Position numbers and translations under genes: made by a program. Below are positions 48,074-59,504 of a stretch of 64,000 nucleotides of DNA, piece after piece. Numbering within the stretch: the stretch's first letter is position 1; the number at the start of each line of letters is the position of its first letter. The DNA comes from Cladosporium halotolerans (lineage: Eukaryota). The stretch covers positions 124,001 to 188,000 of the forward strand of contig NW_027191485.1 in the NCBI RefSeq assembly GCF_011745625.1, read 5' to 3'. The notes under the pieces were generated by a model. That model did no database searches. It worked only from the letters and a program-made list of their open reading frames with translations, and was not told the DNA's origin.

Positions 48074-49827
48074 ATGTCGACTTCATGCACGTTCCTGGAC
48101 AAGCTCCCAGCGGAGATCCGGGCGGCTATTTACGACTATACCTTTGGCCCCAGCCGCGTCATCAAGCCCAAGAACAGCACCGCTAGCCTGGGCATATCCA
48201 GATCTACTCTCGCCAGAAGTGTCTGGCCCGATCGTTCGGGCATCGACTCGAAGGGGGACATCACTCTGGACACGGCGGTCTTGACCACCTGCAAAATTGT
48301 CTTCGAGGAGGCTATCAACGTTCTCTACCGTGACACAACTGTTCGGGGGACTATGACGGAGCTTGCGAAGCTCTTGGAAAACGCGAGATTCAAAACGACT
48401 GTACGCCAAGTCGAGGTGGCTGACTGCATCAATGGGCATATGAAGAGCGACTTCTACCCCACTCTCAACCGCCTTCAGAGCCTCCCTCAGATCTGCTCAG
48501 TGGCAATTCTCACCGACTGCCTGAATCACGTTTACCCAATGGACGTGAAACAGTCTTTCGTCACGGTAAAAGACTTCTGTGAGACGACTTGCCTTGGCCC
48601 GACGACCTGTGTAAATATCGGCCGTTACAAGCTCGCGGGAATGTTTCACCGCGTTGAACTCGTCAATCGAAAGCTGGTGCACTTATGGCGGAAGGTACAA
48701 GACATGCCAGCCGACTATGACGCCTTCGGTGAGTGGAGGAAATGATGGACAAATGGCCGTCGCAGAGCACGATGCTCAATAGAGCCGCATGGGTTCTGCA
48801 AACATCATTTTGCTGTTGGGTTGGATTGCATGACGAAACGATCAAGATGGTGCTGTCAGGGGAACTTGAAGAGCCGAGGAATCAAGCAACTTTCTTCGAA
48901 TCGATTGAAGAAAAGAGGAGATCTGTTGTGGAAGAATACACGAAGAGCCTGATAGGTCTTGAGCCTTTCTCGCCCGAGGGTCTGACGGAGCCAGGATTCT
49001 CCACGTCTAAGCCCGACGTCGACTGGAGAACCATGCTTCTACGCCAAATTAAGCCTGGAGCCAACTCTTCTGCGCTCGAGTGGGCCAACAATTACCTCTC
49101 AAGAAACATTGCGGCGTTCATAGCGAAGGATGCGACCCATGCGGCTTCCACTACGGAAGTCCACGCCGCGCACTGGGCTGAAGCTGACGGTGGCATTCAT
49201 ACAATCGAGCACAAGCTGTCCCAAGAAAGGCTGGCTTACGCCGGCATCGCGAATTTGGGCTACATCTTGGACCCCATACGTGACCATCTATTGATCGTGC
49301 TCGATTCCGCTCAATCTTGGATCGACGAGATCCGAATTCAAGGCCTCATGGGCACGAACCCTTTCCACGCTGCGTACTCGGGTCTTCTCAGCTACGACGA
49401 AACAAGGCAACTCACATATCTTGCGCACGCTCTCATGCCTGATTATGGCCATGCTGTCGGGGTTCACGGCTACGAGGAAGATCTAGAGGCGTGGTCATCT
49501 GACTTGCTCAAGCGCTACGTACTGGTCACTGCACCGTCAGAAGCTGCAAAGCTGCATGAAGTTGGCTTGACCTTTCTTCGCGGCCTCTTTTTCACGGTCC
49601 TGGATCTTCTCAAATCCGCATACTACAGACACCGGGCGAAAGCTTTCGTGATGGCGAATGAGAACTATTCAGAGCCACCGAAAGGCATCGACGACGATCT
49701 GTACAAGCCTTTGGCGTGGAAGTTTGGTCGCCTGTTGTCCAGCGTCTGGCGCGGGGACGAGCTGCGTGGCCTGGAGGATCCTGACACGTCTTCTGATGGC
49801 GACGATGATGATGACGATGATGATTGA
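48074..49827 (+). pseudogene. Hypothetical F-box-like protein split by an apparent 1-nt frameshift near 48740 (pseudogene, sequencing error or cryptic intron)
   Basis: FLDKLPAEIRAAIYDYTF and AVLTTCKIVFEEAINVLY; ORF1 stops at 48745 and overlaps ORF2 (to 49827) in the -1 frame. Confidence 0.55.
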
Positions 49828-50006
49828 ATGCATTCACTGCGTACGGGCTACCCGTGATATTTAGTCCAGCCCGTAGACTTCTGCAATTCTCGAGGCATGT
49901 GATGCAGACGAAAGGAATTGACTGGTTTTATCATGGGTTCAATACAGTGAAATTGCAGGTAGCTTTAGGTAGTCCGTTCAAATCAGGGAATCTTCTACAT
50001 GAATGA

Positions 50007-51797
50007 TCAATGTCCGAAGGGAATGCGTCCCGGCGCAGAGTAGCTGTGCTCCATCATCGGCGCCGCCATCCAGTCCGCATTTGCGTTGTCAAGGAGGGAA
50101 TAATCTTGGTCGAAAGACGAGAATCCCACACTAGGCTGCAAATTCAACACTTGGGTGCAGATGCTCTCCTCGATCGGGTTGAGGAATTGTGTTGCGTGCG
50201 ACATCGGCACCGGGTTGGCGAAGTTACCGCAGAGCGCGGGCGTGAAAGTCGCGACTCCCTGCATCATGCCAGCGACGTTCTTGACGTCCTCGGTGATAGC
50301 CTCTTCCTCCAAGTCAACATCCACAGCCTGAGTCTCGTCCTCCTCATCAACAACCGCCCTCCCCTCATTCACAACCTCCACCTCAACCAACCACCCATTC
50401 TCCTTCAGCCACTTCATATCCGGCCCGCGACTTCCCCCCTTCGCCACCACCGACGCAGCCACAACCCCCACCTCCCCCTTCGGCTTCCTCCCCCTCTTGC
50501 TCGGCGAAAAATGGCCCCGCTTCAAATGCTCCGCAGCATTGTAGTCGACATTGTATTGCTTGCCGGCCTTGCAATACTTGCAGATGTCTAGCCCTTTCAG
50601 CGGCGCGATGCCCGACGCGCCGGCGCCGGCGGCGGGCTGCCGGCAGACCCAGACGCGCTTGCGGCGCGCGTGCACGTTCTCGGTGTGCCGCTGGAGTTCG
50701 TGTGCGCCGCTGAGGATGAGGTTGCAGTGCTTGCAGGGGTGGGGTTCTTTTGTTTTGGGCTTGGTGGGGAGACGGGAGATAGGGAGAGCGTGCTTTTGGG
50801 TCGTGAGGGGCTTGGGTGGGAGTTTGGTCGATGAAGATGAGGTGGCGTGGGTGGTTTTGGAGGCGAGCGGTTGGGCGGCGCCGTTGGCGATGTGTTTGCG
50901 GCGGCGCGAGGCGGCTTTTTGGGAGGCGGTGGTGCTGGATGCGGTGGAGGTGCTGGTTGCGGATGGGGTGCGTTGCATGGTTGTTGGGTGGGTGGTGGTG
51001 TTGAGCTGAGGTGCGGTTGAGTGCCATGGCATTCCGGTACCGGCGAGGTTAGTAGGAGGGGAGCTTTCGAAAGAAAAAGGAGAAATATCTTGAGAAAGAA
51101 ACCCACTTCCTGTGTTCTTGAGACACTCGCCTTGCTCGAGACTAAAATCGTTACCGCCCAGAGTAGCTTGCATGAGAGTGCTACTACTCGGTGTCTCTGT
51201 GACACAGCTCATCACAGATTCGGCTAGTGAAGGAAACTCGTTTTCCTGATCAAAGGCAAAGGGAATGGAAGCATCAAGATCAGACAGACCAGTAGACTCG
51301 ACACGCAGCATGCGCAGATCTTCTGTCATCGACAGACTCGATGTGCTGCTACCCTGCCTGCTCATGGCCTCACCTCCTTGGAAGGATGGATTGAAGGACG
51401 AACAAGGCGACAGGTAGTAGTTTGAAGGACTTAGACTTGACGAGAACGAAGAATTTGGCGTCGGTGCGAAAGACGAGGCCGACGAGGCCAGTCGATCGGT
51501 CATCGGCAGGTTTGACAGAGACGGAACTGATTCAGCGTTGAAGCCGTCAAGTCTTTGCCTTTTCGATACTGTCACGTCAGCACCTTGTCTGCTTGCGATG
51601 AAGTCGCAAGGGTCGAACACCATTTCACCTTCAAGGGAAGGCTTTGGGATGTTCGTGTCGTGTCGATTCGCCAAAGTTGGCTGCAAATTACTCGGTCGTC
51701 TTATCGCGACGGGGCGAGTCCGATGAGAATTGCTTATGCTTCGTCTCAGCGATGGCACAGCTAATGAATTCGACGGCGGCGAGAGATGTGTAGGCAT
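50007..51797 (-). CDS. Putative C2H2-type zinc-finger regulator (KLAP1-like architecture)
   Basis: CKHC...GAHELQRHTENVH..RVWVC and CKYCKAGKQYNVDYNAAEHLKRGHF...RGRK; Ser-rich N-terminus. Confidence 0.75.
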   Translation of the reverse strand: MPTHLSPPSNSLAVPSLRRSISNSHRTRPVAIRRPSNLQPTLANRHDTNIPKPSLEGEMVFDPCDFIASRQGADVTVSKRQRLDGFNAESVPSLSNLPMTDRLASSASSFAPTPNSSFSSSLSPSNYYLSPCSSFNPSFQGGEAMSRQGSSTSSLSMTEDLRMLRVESTGLSDLDASIPFAFDQENEFPSLAESVMSCVTETPSSSTLMQATLGGNDFSLEQGECLKNTGSGFLSQDISPFSFESSPPTNLAGTGMPWHSTAPQLNTTTHPTTMQRTPSATSTSTASSTTASQKAASRRRKHIANGAAQPLASKTTHATSSSSTKLPPKPLTTQKHALPISRLPTKPKTKEPHPCKHCNLILSGAHELQRHTENVHARRKRVWVCRQPAAGAGASGIAPLKGLDICKYCKAGKQYNVDYNAAEHLKRGHFSPSKRGRKPKGEVGVVAASVVAKGGSRGPDMKWLKENGWLVEVEVVNEGRAVVDEEDETQAVDVDLEEEAITEDVKNVAGMMQGVATFTPALCGNFANPVPMSHATQFLNPIEESICTQVLNLQPSVGFSSFDQDYSLLDNANADWMAAPMMEHSYSAPGRIPFGH

Positions 51798-53090
51798 TGC
51801 CGAAACATCTTCGGCGATGCGTGGATGACTGCTGAGAGGTTCGAGGGCGCGTTTCCGTCCGGCGAAGGCCTGAGTAGGTTAGCTCGGATGACAGCAGCTT
51901 TGTCCCAGAGTCCAAGTCAGAGAGCCGGAAGTCCATACATGAGAGAGACCGCTTTCCAAAGAAGAAGCGAATCGTGGGACGGCACTTTCGGCGGCATCGT
52001 CGTCGGCCAGGAACGCTTTCGCCTGGGCCTTGTGCTCGGACCAGAGTCGGTTCTGGGTTTCGGGCGATTCGTTGGTAGTGAAGATGGCCAGCTTCTCTCG
52101 TTCCAACCTTGTGGTCAGGGTGCTACCCAGATTGCTGGCCATTGTGACGAGGCTGACTCCAAGAATCAGGGTGACCAGCTAACTTCAGCCTGTGAAACTT
52201 GGACTAGGATAGCTTGTTGGACAGGCTGTTGTAAGGTGATTTTCGCTCGGTATTATAAGGCAAAGACACACAGCCTTCTTATGGCCTCCATCACGGGCAG
52301 TCTGATATTGCGGCCTCTTGGTCAGGCCGCGATCAAGGCAACGCGCGCCAGCTAGCTCTGCTACAAAAGGAGTCATGCGCTTCTCTGCAGCAGCACGGCG
52401 CCACCAAGGCAAACGAATGGGGCGGACATATGCATATGCAGCCGCCCCTGTATCAGCAGAAGAAGCAGTGAGGCAGCGAATGGGGGGAATGGGACGTCGA
52501 ACCGGCTTGGCGGGGGACGGCTGGAAGCCATCCCCGACGACAGCTCATCAAGTACTATACTCGATTCTATCGCTGTTCCAAGTAGCACCGAGCCGCGTGT
52601 ATAAGGCACGCCGGCCTGAGATCGGACCATGGCTCTGGACTGCGTGGTTTTGAGACGGCACAACCCTGGGTTGCCAGCGTGCGTGCGGCAGCCACCGACG
52701 CCCTGGCACCACCCTCTCTGACGGCTGGCCGGTGATGCGCTGGCAGTACATTTGCCTCAGGCATGCTCGTCGGGGAGTCTGGCCTGGCCTGAGCATGTGT
52801 GTGTCACAATAGAGATAGCCAGATATTGTTGTGTGACCTGAGATGCACGACGTGGTGCCCAAGATCTAGCCAGATGCACTCGCGCGGGAAGACGAAGGCA
52901 ACGATGTCGCACGTGACTATAATCCTACGACACACGAGGATATCCCAAGATTGAAGTTCTAGGTATGTTTTCAATTTATGGGCATGATGTTGACATCAAA
53001 AAGAGCAGATTCATGAGCATGTATGGAATGAACAACTCGCAACCCGCAATCCCCAAGTACTCCTCGCTCTACATGTAGCAACTCGACACC

Positions 53091-55595
53091 TCACCTCTGC
53101 GCCCTTAGCCCACCCCTCCCACCCAACCAAGCCAAGCCCCGATTGCGCCTCCATGCAGGATTCATCCACGAAGCCCCATCCGCCTCCTCGACATCATCGT
53201 CATCGTCCCAATCCATGCCGCCTACATCTCCCTCAACGAACCAATCGTTCTCCCCGCTCTGGCTGGCTTCCAGCACGGCGTCCAGCATGCTCTCCTCCGG
53301 TGGCGGCAGCAAAGGCAGCATTGCACATTGCCCTTCGCTCATTATTGCAGGGTTCGCCTTGTCCGGTGTCGGCCGCGAGATTTGAGAGCTCTTCTCGGCT
53401 GCTCTTTGCGCTAGACGTGCGATTCCGCGCGCCCGGAGGGTTTCTTCGTTGTTCACAGGCGGGAGGGGCTCGGGTGGCTCTGCGATGATGGGCGCTGGTG
53501 GCTTGCTCATCGTGGTCTGCACGACATCTTTGGCAACGACTTTCTCGATCGGACTGAGATCTCCATGCTGCGGGAACCCAGGAGGCGTAGTGAAGCGTTC
53601 GGTCTCGATCCCAGTGGTATCGTTTTCGCCATCTACGTCCATTTCTTCAACGTCGTTGGCTTCTTCAGGCTCGACGGCGAGCAACGCACCTTCACATTCA
53701 GCATCTTCGAAGCCAAAGTCATCGAAAAATTCGCAGATATCGTCAACGATAGCATCGTCGCTCCGCCGCCTGGGCACGAACAGCGCGCTCTGGTAGACGC
53801 GGTCGATGGCTTCCTGGAACGGCTCCATGCTCGCGACGCTGTTCTTCCGTGGCAGGATGACGGGCTTGGGCAATCGGATAGGGCCTTGAACGTAGATCGA
53901 TCTTTGCCATGCCGTGAGCTCTGGTGGCGTCACGGTTACAACGGAGCCGCCGCGGAGGTGGATCTGCGTTGCTGTTGGTGTCGTGGTGCCGGAGGCTGGG
54001 GGCGAGTTCTCGGACAGCGGTCTGTTTTCCATGATTGTTGTGAGACGGTGCGGAGAGAGGTCTTCACTGGGGAAGTATAGCGTTGCGTCAAGCGAGCTGT
54101 TCACCTTTGCATCTGTTTCCCCAACCACGGAGAGAGGGCTGCGACTGACGCTGCCGCCGCTCAGTGATCTGTTGCGCGCTGCAAGGAGCGAATTGCGAGA
54201 AGGCTGATAGAGCTCTGTCGGGGTTGGGACGATGCTGTTTGGTGTCTCTGGCAATTCTTTGTCCAGAAAGCTGGTAGCCGATACTATCTGCGTGGTTTTG
54301 ATTCCTGAGAAGAACCCAGTCGTTTGAAGCATGGCCATTGTCTCACCCTTGATTTTGCGTTGCTTCGGGGGTGCGAGAGACGTTGGGGACCTCGCCTTCT
54401 TCTGGGTACCGAACCTTGCAGAGGCGCTGGAGCTCCCTCGTCTGTGGTGAGCAACGAATTGCCGCCGGATTCCAGCTTGCTTGCCGACTCTTTGCGGATG
54501 TACATGCGGTGGGGTCGCTTTGGGAGACAGAACTCTGCTACTCCCAGTCCCACTTCGCGATGAATACGCTTCCGTCTTTGGCGGCGCCTTGCGGATCTGA
54601 AGAGGTTTGATACCAGTCAGAACGGACAATTCAGCCGGCGCTGTGGCCGCGCGAGAGGGACGAGGTGGACGTGGTTGCTCACCTCTTGATTGACCGATGG
54701 ATATCGGATCTTGCATTCTGAGTCCTGCCATTGCGGCATCGAGGCCGGTGTCTGCGGACAGCGTGTGCTGTTTCTTCGGCGTCGCCGCTTTCGGTGCGGT
54801 CGACCTGACTGGGTTCGAGTTGGGACGACCTCGCCTCAGCGGCGACTTCGCGGGTATAGGCGGTGGTGGCGTGGAAGGTGGTGGAGAAGACAAGCCTGGG
54901 AGCATTGGCGGGCTCGGGAGTGGTGGTAACTTTGGGCTGCTCGCATATGGAGTGACGAGCGGACTCGGCTGCATTGGAAAGGCGCCGGGAACTGGTGGAG
55001 GTGTATTGTACCCAGATGGTGTAGCCGGACTCGCGCTTCGAAATGAACTCGCAGCCAGCGACTCGGGCGTGAGTGCACGAGGAAACGAATCTGACGTTGA
55101 CGACAAAGGAGGGCTCAGGAACATCTCTCCGGAAGGTCTTGCTGGACGCTTTGGCGGGGCCCTGCCTTTACGGTCTGCGCCAGGGGAATGAGCCGCACCA
55201 TCCCCTCTGAGAGACTCGACGAAACTTCCAGCATCGCTACCGGTATTCAAGCTTGGTGGCCCAGGTGGTGCCGGCGGAGGTGGTAGCAGCGTGGCAGGCA
55301 GACTGACGCCGCTCCCTCCTTCTCTGGCCGACTTTGCCTTCCCTGTAACCGGCCTCTTGATCTTCCAGGCCTCTTTGTCAGCCTCGTTGATCTCCTCGAC
55401 TTCCCGCTTGTTGCCGGAGAATCTGCTGGGTTTCTTCTTATCGGCTTTCGGACTCGACGCGTCCTTCGGCTCCAATTCGCTCGCACTGCTGATGCTGGCT
55501 CCACCTGTACCGCTCGCGCGCTTTGCTTGTAACTGAGCGCGGCGTGCCTGGATCTCGGCGCGGGAGAGAGTGGCGGTTGGCGGCGGGGCAAACAT
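53091..55595 (-). CDS. Large Pro/Ser-rich hypothetical protein
   Basis: About 830-codon open frame; ordered block ATQIHLRGGSVVTVTPPELTAWQRSIYVQGPI...RRRSDDAIVDDICEFFDDFGF; start codon inferred. Confidence 0.75.
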   Translation of the reverse strand: MFAPPPTATLSRAEIQARRAQLQAKRASGTGGASISSASELEPKDASSPKADKKKPSRFSGNKREVEEINEADKEAWKIKRPVTGKAKSAREGGSGVSLPATLLPPPPAPPGPPSLNTGSDAGSFVESLRGDGAAHSPGADRKGRAPPKRPARPSGEMFLSPPLSSTSDSFPRALTPESLAASSFRSASPATPSGYNTPPPVPGAFPMQPSPLVTPYASSPKLPPLPSPPMLPGLSSPPPSTPPPPIPAKSPLRRGRPNSNPVRSTAPKAATPKKQHTLSADTGLDAAMAGLRMQDPISIGQSRGEQPRPPRPSRAATAPAELSVLTGIKPLQIRKAPPKTEAYSSRSGTGSSRVLSPKATPPHVHPQRVGKQAGIRRQFVAHHRRGSSSASARFGTQKKARSPTSLAPPKQRKIKGETMAMLQTTGFFSGIKTTQIVSATSFLDKELPETPNSIVPTPTELYQPSRNSLLAARNRSLSGGSVSRSPLSVVGETDAKVNSSLDATLYFPSEDLSPHRLTTIMENRPLSENSPPASGTTTPTATQIHLRGGSVVTVTPPELTAWQRSIYVQGPIRLPKPVILPRKNSVASMEPFQEAIDRVYQSALFVPRRRSDDAIVDDICEFFDDFGFEDAECEGALLAVEPEEANDVEEMDVDGENDTTGIETERFTTPPGFPQHGDLSPIEKVVAKDVVQTTMSKPPAPIIAEPPEPLPPVNNEETLRARGIARLAQRAAEKSSQISRPTPDKANPAIMSEGQCAMLPLLPPPEESMLDAVLEASQSGENDWFVEGDVGGMDWDDDDDVEEADGASWMNPAWRRNRGLAWLGGRGGLRAQR

Positions 55596-56128
55596 AGCGA
55601 CCGGTAAAGATAGGAATATCGCGTGGCTGATGCAAGGGGGGGACCACTTGCTGTCCTTCTCGAATTGACAAACTGCACGCAATTTGATTATGAAGAAACT
55701 ATACAGCGCTGAAGGCGCAAAAGTGCAGAAGAAGGTCATGGTGGCTCTGCCTTGGTTCCCTTTGTGCTGCGGCTCACTACTGACCGCTGAGTGCGGCAGG
55801 ACTCTGCGGGTTGGACAAAGAGCGGACTAGGGTGAGCTCTTTGTCCGGATTCGGTGGTTGTGCAACCGTAAGTTTGGTTGTTGGCTTGGAGCTGAGAGGT
55901 GGTGGCCTCTGTTAAGTATTCTCTATGCGAGGGGATCCAGATTGTGATAAGGGTCATGATAACGTTTTTCTCCAGGATCATGTAAGTACGTCCATTCTGG
56001 ACGTTTCTGATGAGGTCGAGTGCGTGTATCTCCAGAGAATTAAGGCGGTATAGTCCGCTGCCTTCGTGAACAAGGTTTCATTGACACTGAGAGCCTTCTG
56101 CTCTCTTGTGCGCTCTTAGCAAACCAGC

Positions 56129-57121
56129 TCAACGAATCCTCCTCACAGCTTCCTTTGCAACCTTACAGCAGTGTCTCTGCCTGCAGACAGCACAAAACGC
56201 ATCTGCCTTGTGTCCGAGCGACCTTTCGACGGCAATGCCGGCGGTCGCCGGCTCGGCCGTCACCATTGGCTCAACACCGCTGGTCTCAGGCATCACCGTG
56301 GTGCTCTTGGAGTGCCAGGTCGTCTCGGTCGAGTCTCCAGTGGTGCTGAGAAGTCTGTAACCCTCCTCGTCAGACTCGACATTCCACTTGGCAGCGGGGT
56401 AATCGTCGGGTCTGTAATGGCTGCTGCTGCCGTCGCGAGGCCGGTTCTCGGGCAGCGCTTTGATGACCCAGTCCGGGACCACGTAGGGTCGGATCGCTGG
56501 TTCTGGCGCTACTGAGGTGTCGTTCTCGGTGGGCGGGCCAGAGATAATCAGCAGGACGAAGCCGATCGCTACTCCCCAGCGGATATAGTAAGCAAGCGTG
56601 GCTCGCGCCGCTCTCAATTGCTGCCGGGTGAGGTTGGCGAGGTGTCCGTGGTTGGCTGTGTCGTACAGAACATAGATCTCAGTGGCGGCCGGGCGCAATG
56701 CCTCTTGGAGATCTCTGACAACAGCACGAAGGCCGTGGACGAGGCGGAGGGTGATACGGCCAGCAAGCAGGACTAGTTGCGCCAATATGCCCAGAATGAC
56801 CAGCACGAACTGGGCCAAGCTAACTGCGGCGCGGCCAATGATGAGACTCACGGCCTGGGCGAACCCCTCCCATCCACTGAAAAGCTTACCCACCTCTTCA
56901 TGATGGGTCTGGTAGTACGCCCAGCTGCCCAAGAGGGCCGCAAAACAAAGTACGAATCGGTCGATTGTGGCGGCGACGGCGTCGGTGGTATCGTCGGTGC
57001 TATATGCACCAAAGAAATAGGCGGCCAGGGCCGCAATGAAGGCCCCGACGATGATGGGAGCGCTCTGTAAAATGTCAGAATACCAGCGCATGGTTATCTT
57101 TCCACCATGTATGGTGTACAT
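56129..57121 (-). CDS. Hypothetical membrane protein (about 4 TM) with C-terminal CAVCRQRHCC motif
   Basis: 330-aa ORF with hydrophobic stretches; no family recognised. Confidence 0.55.
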   Translation of the reverse strand: MYTIHGGKITMRWYSDILQSAPIIVGAFIAALAAYFFGAYSTDDTTDAVAATIDRFVLCFAALLGSWAYYQTHHEEVGKLFSGWEGFAQAVSLIIGRAAVSLAQFVLVILGILAQLVLLAGRITLRLVHGLRAVVRDLQEALRPAATEIYVLYDTANHGHLANLTRQQLRAARATLAYYIRWGVAIGFVLLIISGPPTENDTSVAPEPAIRPYVVPDWVIKALPENRPRDGSSSHYRPDDYPAAKWNVESDEEGYRLLSTTGDSTETTWHSKSTTVMPETSGVEPMVTAEPATAGIAVERSLGHKADAFCAVCRQRHCCKVAKEAVRRIR

Positions 57122-57669
57122 ACCAACACGCAGACTCGCTGGAGCGAGACGAGAAGGCCCGCGCTCGAGTCCATTGTTGCTGGTTGAAGATAGTTTCTTT
57201 GTTGATCGAGTGGTAATTGTCGCTAGGAGGTTGCCGAATCCGGGCTTGTGATCAACGAGAGGAAATTGGAGTTATCCTCGCGAATCGTGAGATCGGTATG
57301 TTGTTGCAGTCCAAATTTTAGATGGGACGAAAACCTGTTCATGTTGCTGGTCGTTGTCAAGTGAACCGCCTAGACCACGCATTTGATCACTCGGGCTACT
57401 AATATCATGGGTGAATGTCTGCGGTGCCCTGGACAGAGTACTGCAGTGACGGCAGCCGGGTTCAGCACGCATCCGGGGGAGTTGGCCAATGGGAAGAAGT
57501 ATTCCTACGATGGAAGTGAGAAAATGGGTTGATTGAGGTTACATTACTCGAGTATCTGTGAGAAAGCACTTTTCAATGGGCTGCTGCCAATCTTTACCAC
57601 TCCCTAAAGGTCATATGCCCACCGAGGTAGGTATGCAATACTGTACATTTCATGAAAGTCGTCCATCCG

Positions 57670-58829
57670 TTACTTCGCTGCTGGCTGGGCAAGAGTAGAG
57701 CCTTACTTTGTGTCAGTCAAGATGTCATTTGTCATTGGATGATACTTCTTACCTCCATCAGGGTAAAGAATCTGCTCGTTGTAGAACAAGCCGCCATTGC
57801 CGGCCAAGAAAAGGATTGTGGCTGCCATATCGCTGTCGTGGCCGCCTCTGCCGGCCGGGTTGCCGATCTTTGTGGAAAGCTCAGACTTGTTCTGCTCATT
57901 GCTCTTTCCGGTCGTCATCTCAGAAGGGAAGATGCCCGGTGCAATGGTGTTAACGCGGACCTTGCAGTCCTTAAACGTTGTTGCAAGCATACGGCCAACG
58001 TGGGTGAAAGCTGCCTTCGAGGAGGCGTAGGCGAACTGGCCATTGCTAGATCCCTTCATTTGGCCGCTGATGGAGCTGACGTTGACGACCTGGGACGTGT
58101 ATCCAGGGGTGACATCTCGGCCCTTGGCGAGGAGAGGCAGCATGGCCATGGCCATGAAGTACTGACCAGCGACATTGGTCTTGAAAGTCTCCGCCCACTG
58201 GGAGTCCTCTGAACGGAGGAAGTGCTTGCTGATGGCATTGGCGTCCGTCATTTCAGGCTGGCCGTTCGCGGCTGCAGCTCGTTAGTTCAAAGTCTGGCTT
58301 GATTGATTCATGCTGGCCACTCACAGAACTTTGTGTTATCGTCTCGTGCAATACCAGCATTGTTCACTAACAGGTGGAAGCCATTCGGCTCCTTCGCCTC
58401 AAGATCCTTGGCGAGCTGAATGGCGCCCTCTTTGCTGCTGACATCGCCTGGAAGGGCGTGCAAGCTACCCGGGCCAGAGTTGTACGTCTTTACTGTGCTC
58501 TCCAGAACTTCCTTGCGTCTTCCTGTGATGTAAACCTTCGCGCCGTTCGAGACAAGAGCCTGTGTGATCATGAGGCCAATGCCAGTGCCGCCGCCCGTGA
58601 CGACGGCAGTAAGGTGGGAGACATCGAATAGAGTACTAGCCTTCAGCTGCTCGTTGGTACGCTGAGCTTCTGGGATGTCAGCAGCTTTCCATATCTTATC
58701 GTATCGACATGCGTCGTACTCACAAGAAGACATGGCTCGGTTCTGGATGATAGTGAAAGCTGGCTTCGAGGTTGTAGATGCTAATGGTCTGAGTGCGCTG
58801 GGTGCTGATTTTGCGAAGAAGGATAGCAT
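57670..58829 (-). CDS. Short-chain dehydrogenase/reductase; introns 58667-58723, 58272-58324, 57702-57752
   Basis: VTGGGTGIG, LLVNNAG, VVNVSSISG, YASSK, RVNTIAPG. Confidence 0.9.
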
Positions 58830-59363
58830 TGTTGAGACGGTGATTCTATGCTAACTGCCTCCTATTACGATATCAATGGAGGACCATGCCTCGTCGACTC
58901 CACAGAGAGGCATCTCATGATGACGTCTAACATCATTGATGTCATTGAGATCGTGGAGCCCGGCACACACGCCGGAGTCCTAATTCTCACCTCCAACATC
59001 GACTCAAAGACATTCTAGCATGAGTACTCTCGACAAGCCGTACGGCGATTGCGTTATTGTGACAGCCTGCGGCAGGATGGACTCCTTTGCAGCTTGCTGA
59101 AGTTGCACGCTGGTGGGCAGGCGAGCGCCGATTGGACCTCGGCATCTCGCCTTCCAGCCCAGGCAGCCGTGGCACCACTCACATCCTCCTACGCCATGGC
59201 AACTTGCAATAATGCGGCAAGGAGTCTCTTTCTTGCGACCTCGCTTCATGGTAAATCTCGAAGGCTGTATTCAGGCGCCAAAGAGCGTACTGATACCGCC
59301 GAGCAACTCCCAAGAGTCCGAGACTGTCCTTTCTTGTCTTCACGCTCCACCCATTGCTCATTA

Positions 59364-59370
59364 GGCTAAA
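59364..59370 (+). promoter_or_regulatory. XlnR-type site GGCTAAA upstream of GH43
   Basis: Exact consensus about 135 bp before the GH43 ATG and about 60 bp before TATAAG (59431). Confidence 0.5.
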
Positions 59371-59504
59371 CGCTTGCTTCCCTGTACAAGCTCAAGCCTC
59401 AATTCCCGGCTCAAGAGGTAGGACGGTAAGTATAAGGTCTAGGTTCCGCAGTGTAGTCTTTTGTGAAGTCAATCTCCGATACTCCGACACACAACACCGC
59501 AAAC

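Noticed and set aside
55986..56040. Hammerhead-like pieces (CTGATGA on the plus strand; GAAACGTCC..GGACGTA hairpin on the minus strand)
   Set aside because: The core elements are on opposite strands and no stem II can be formed. Likewise CTGATGAAAC near 29887 lacks stem II.
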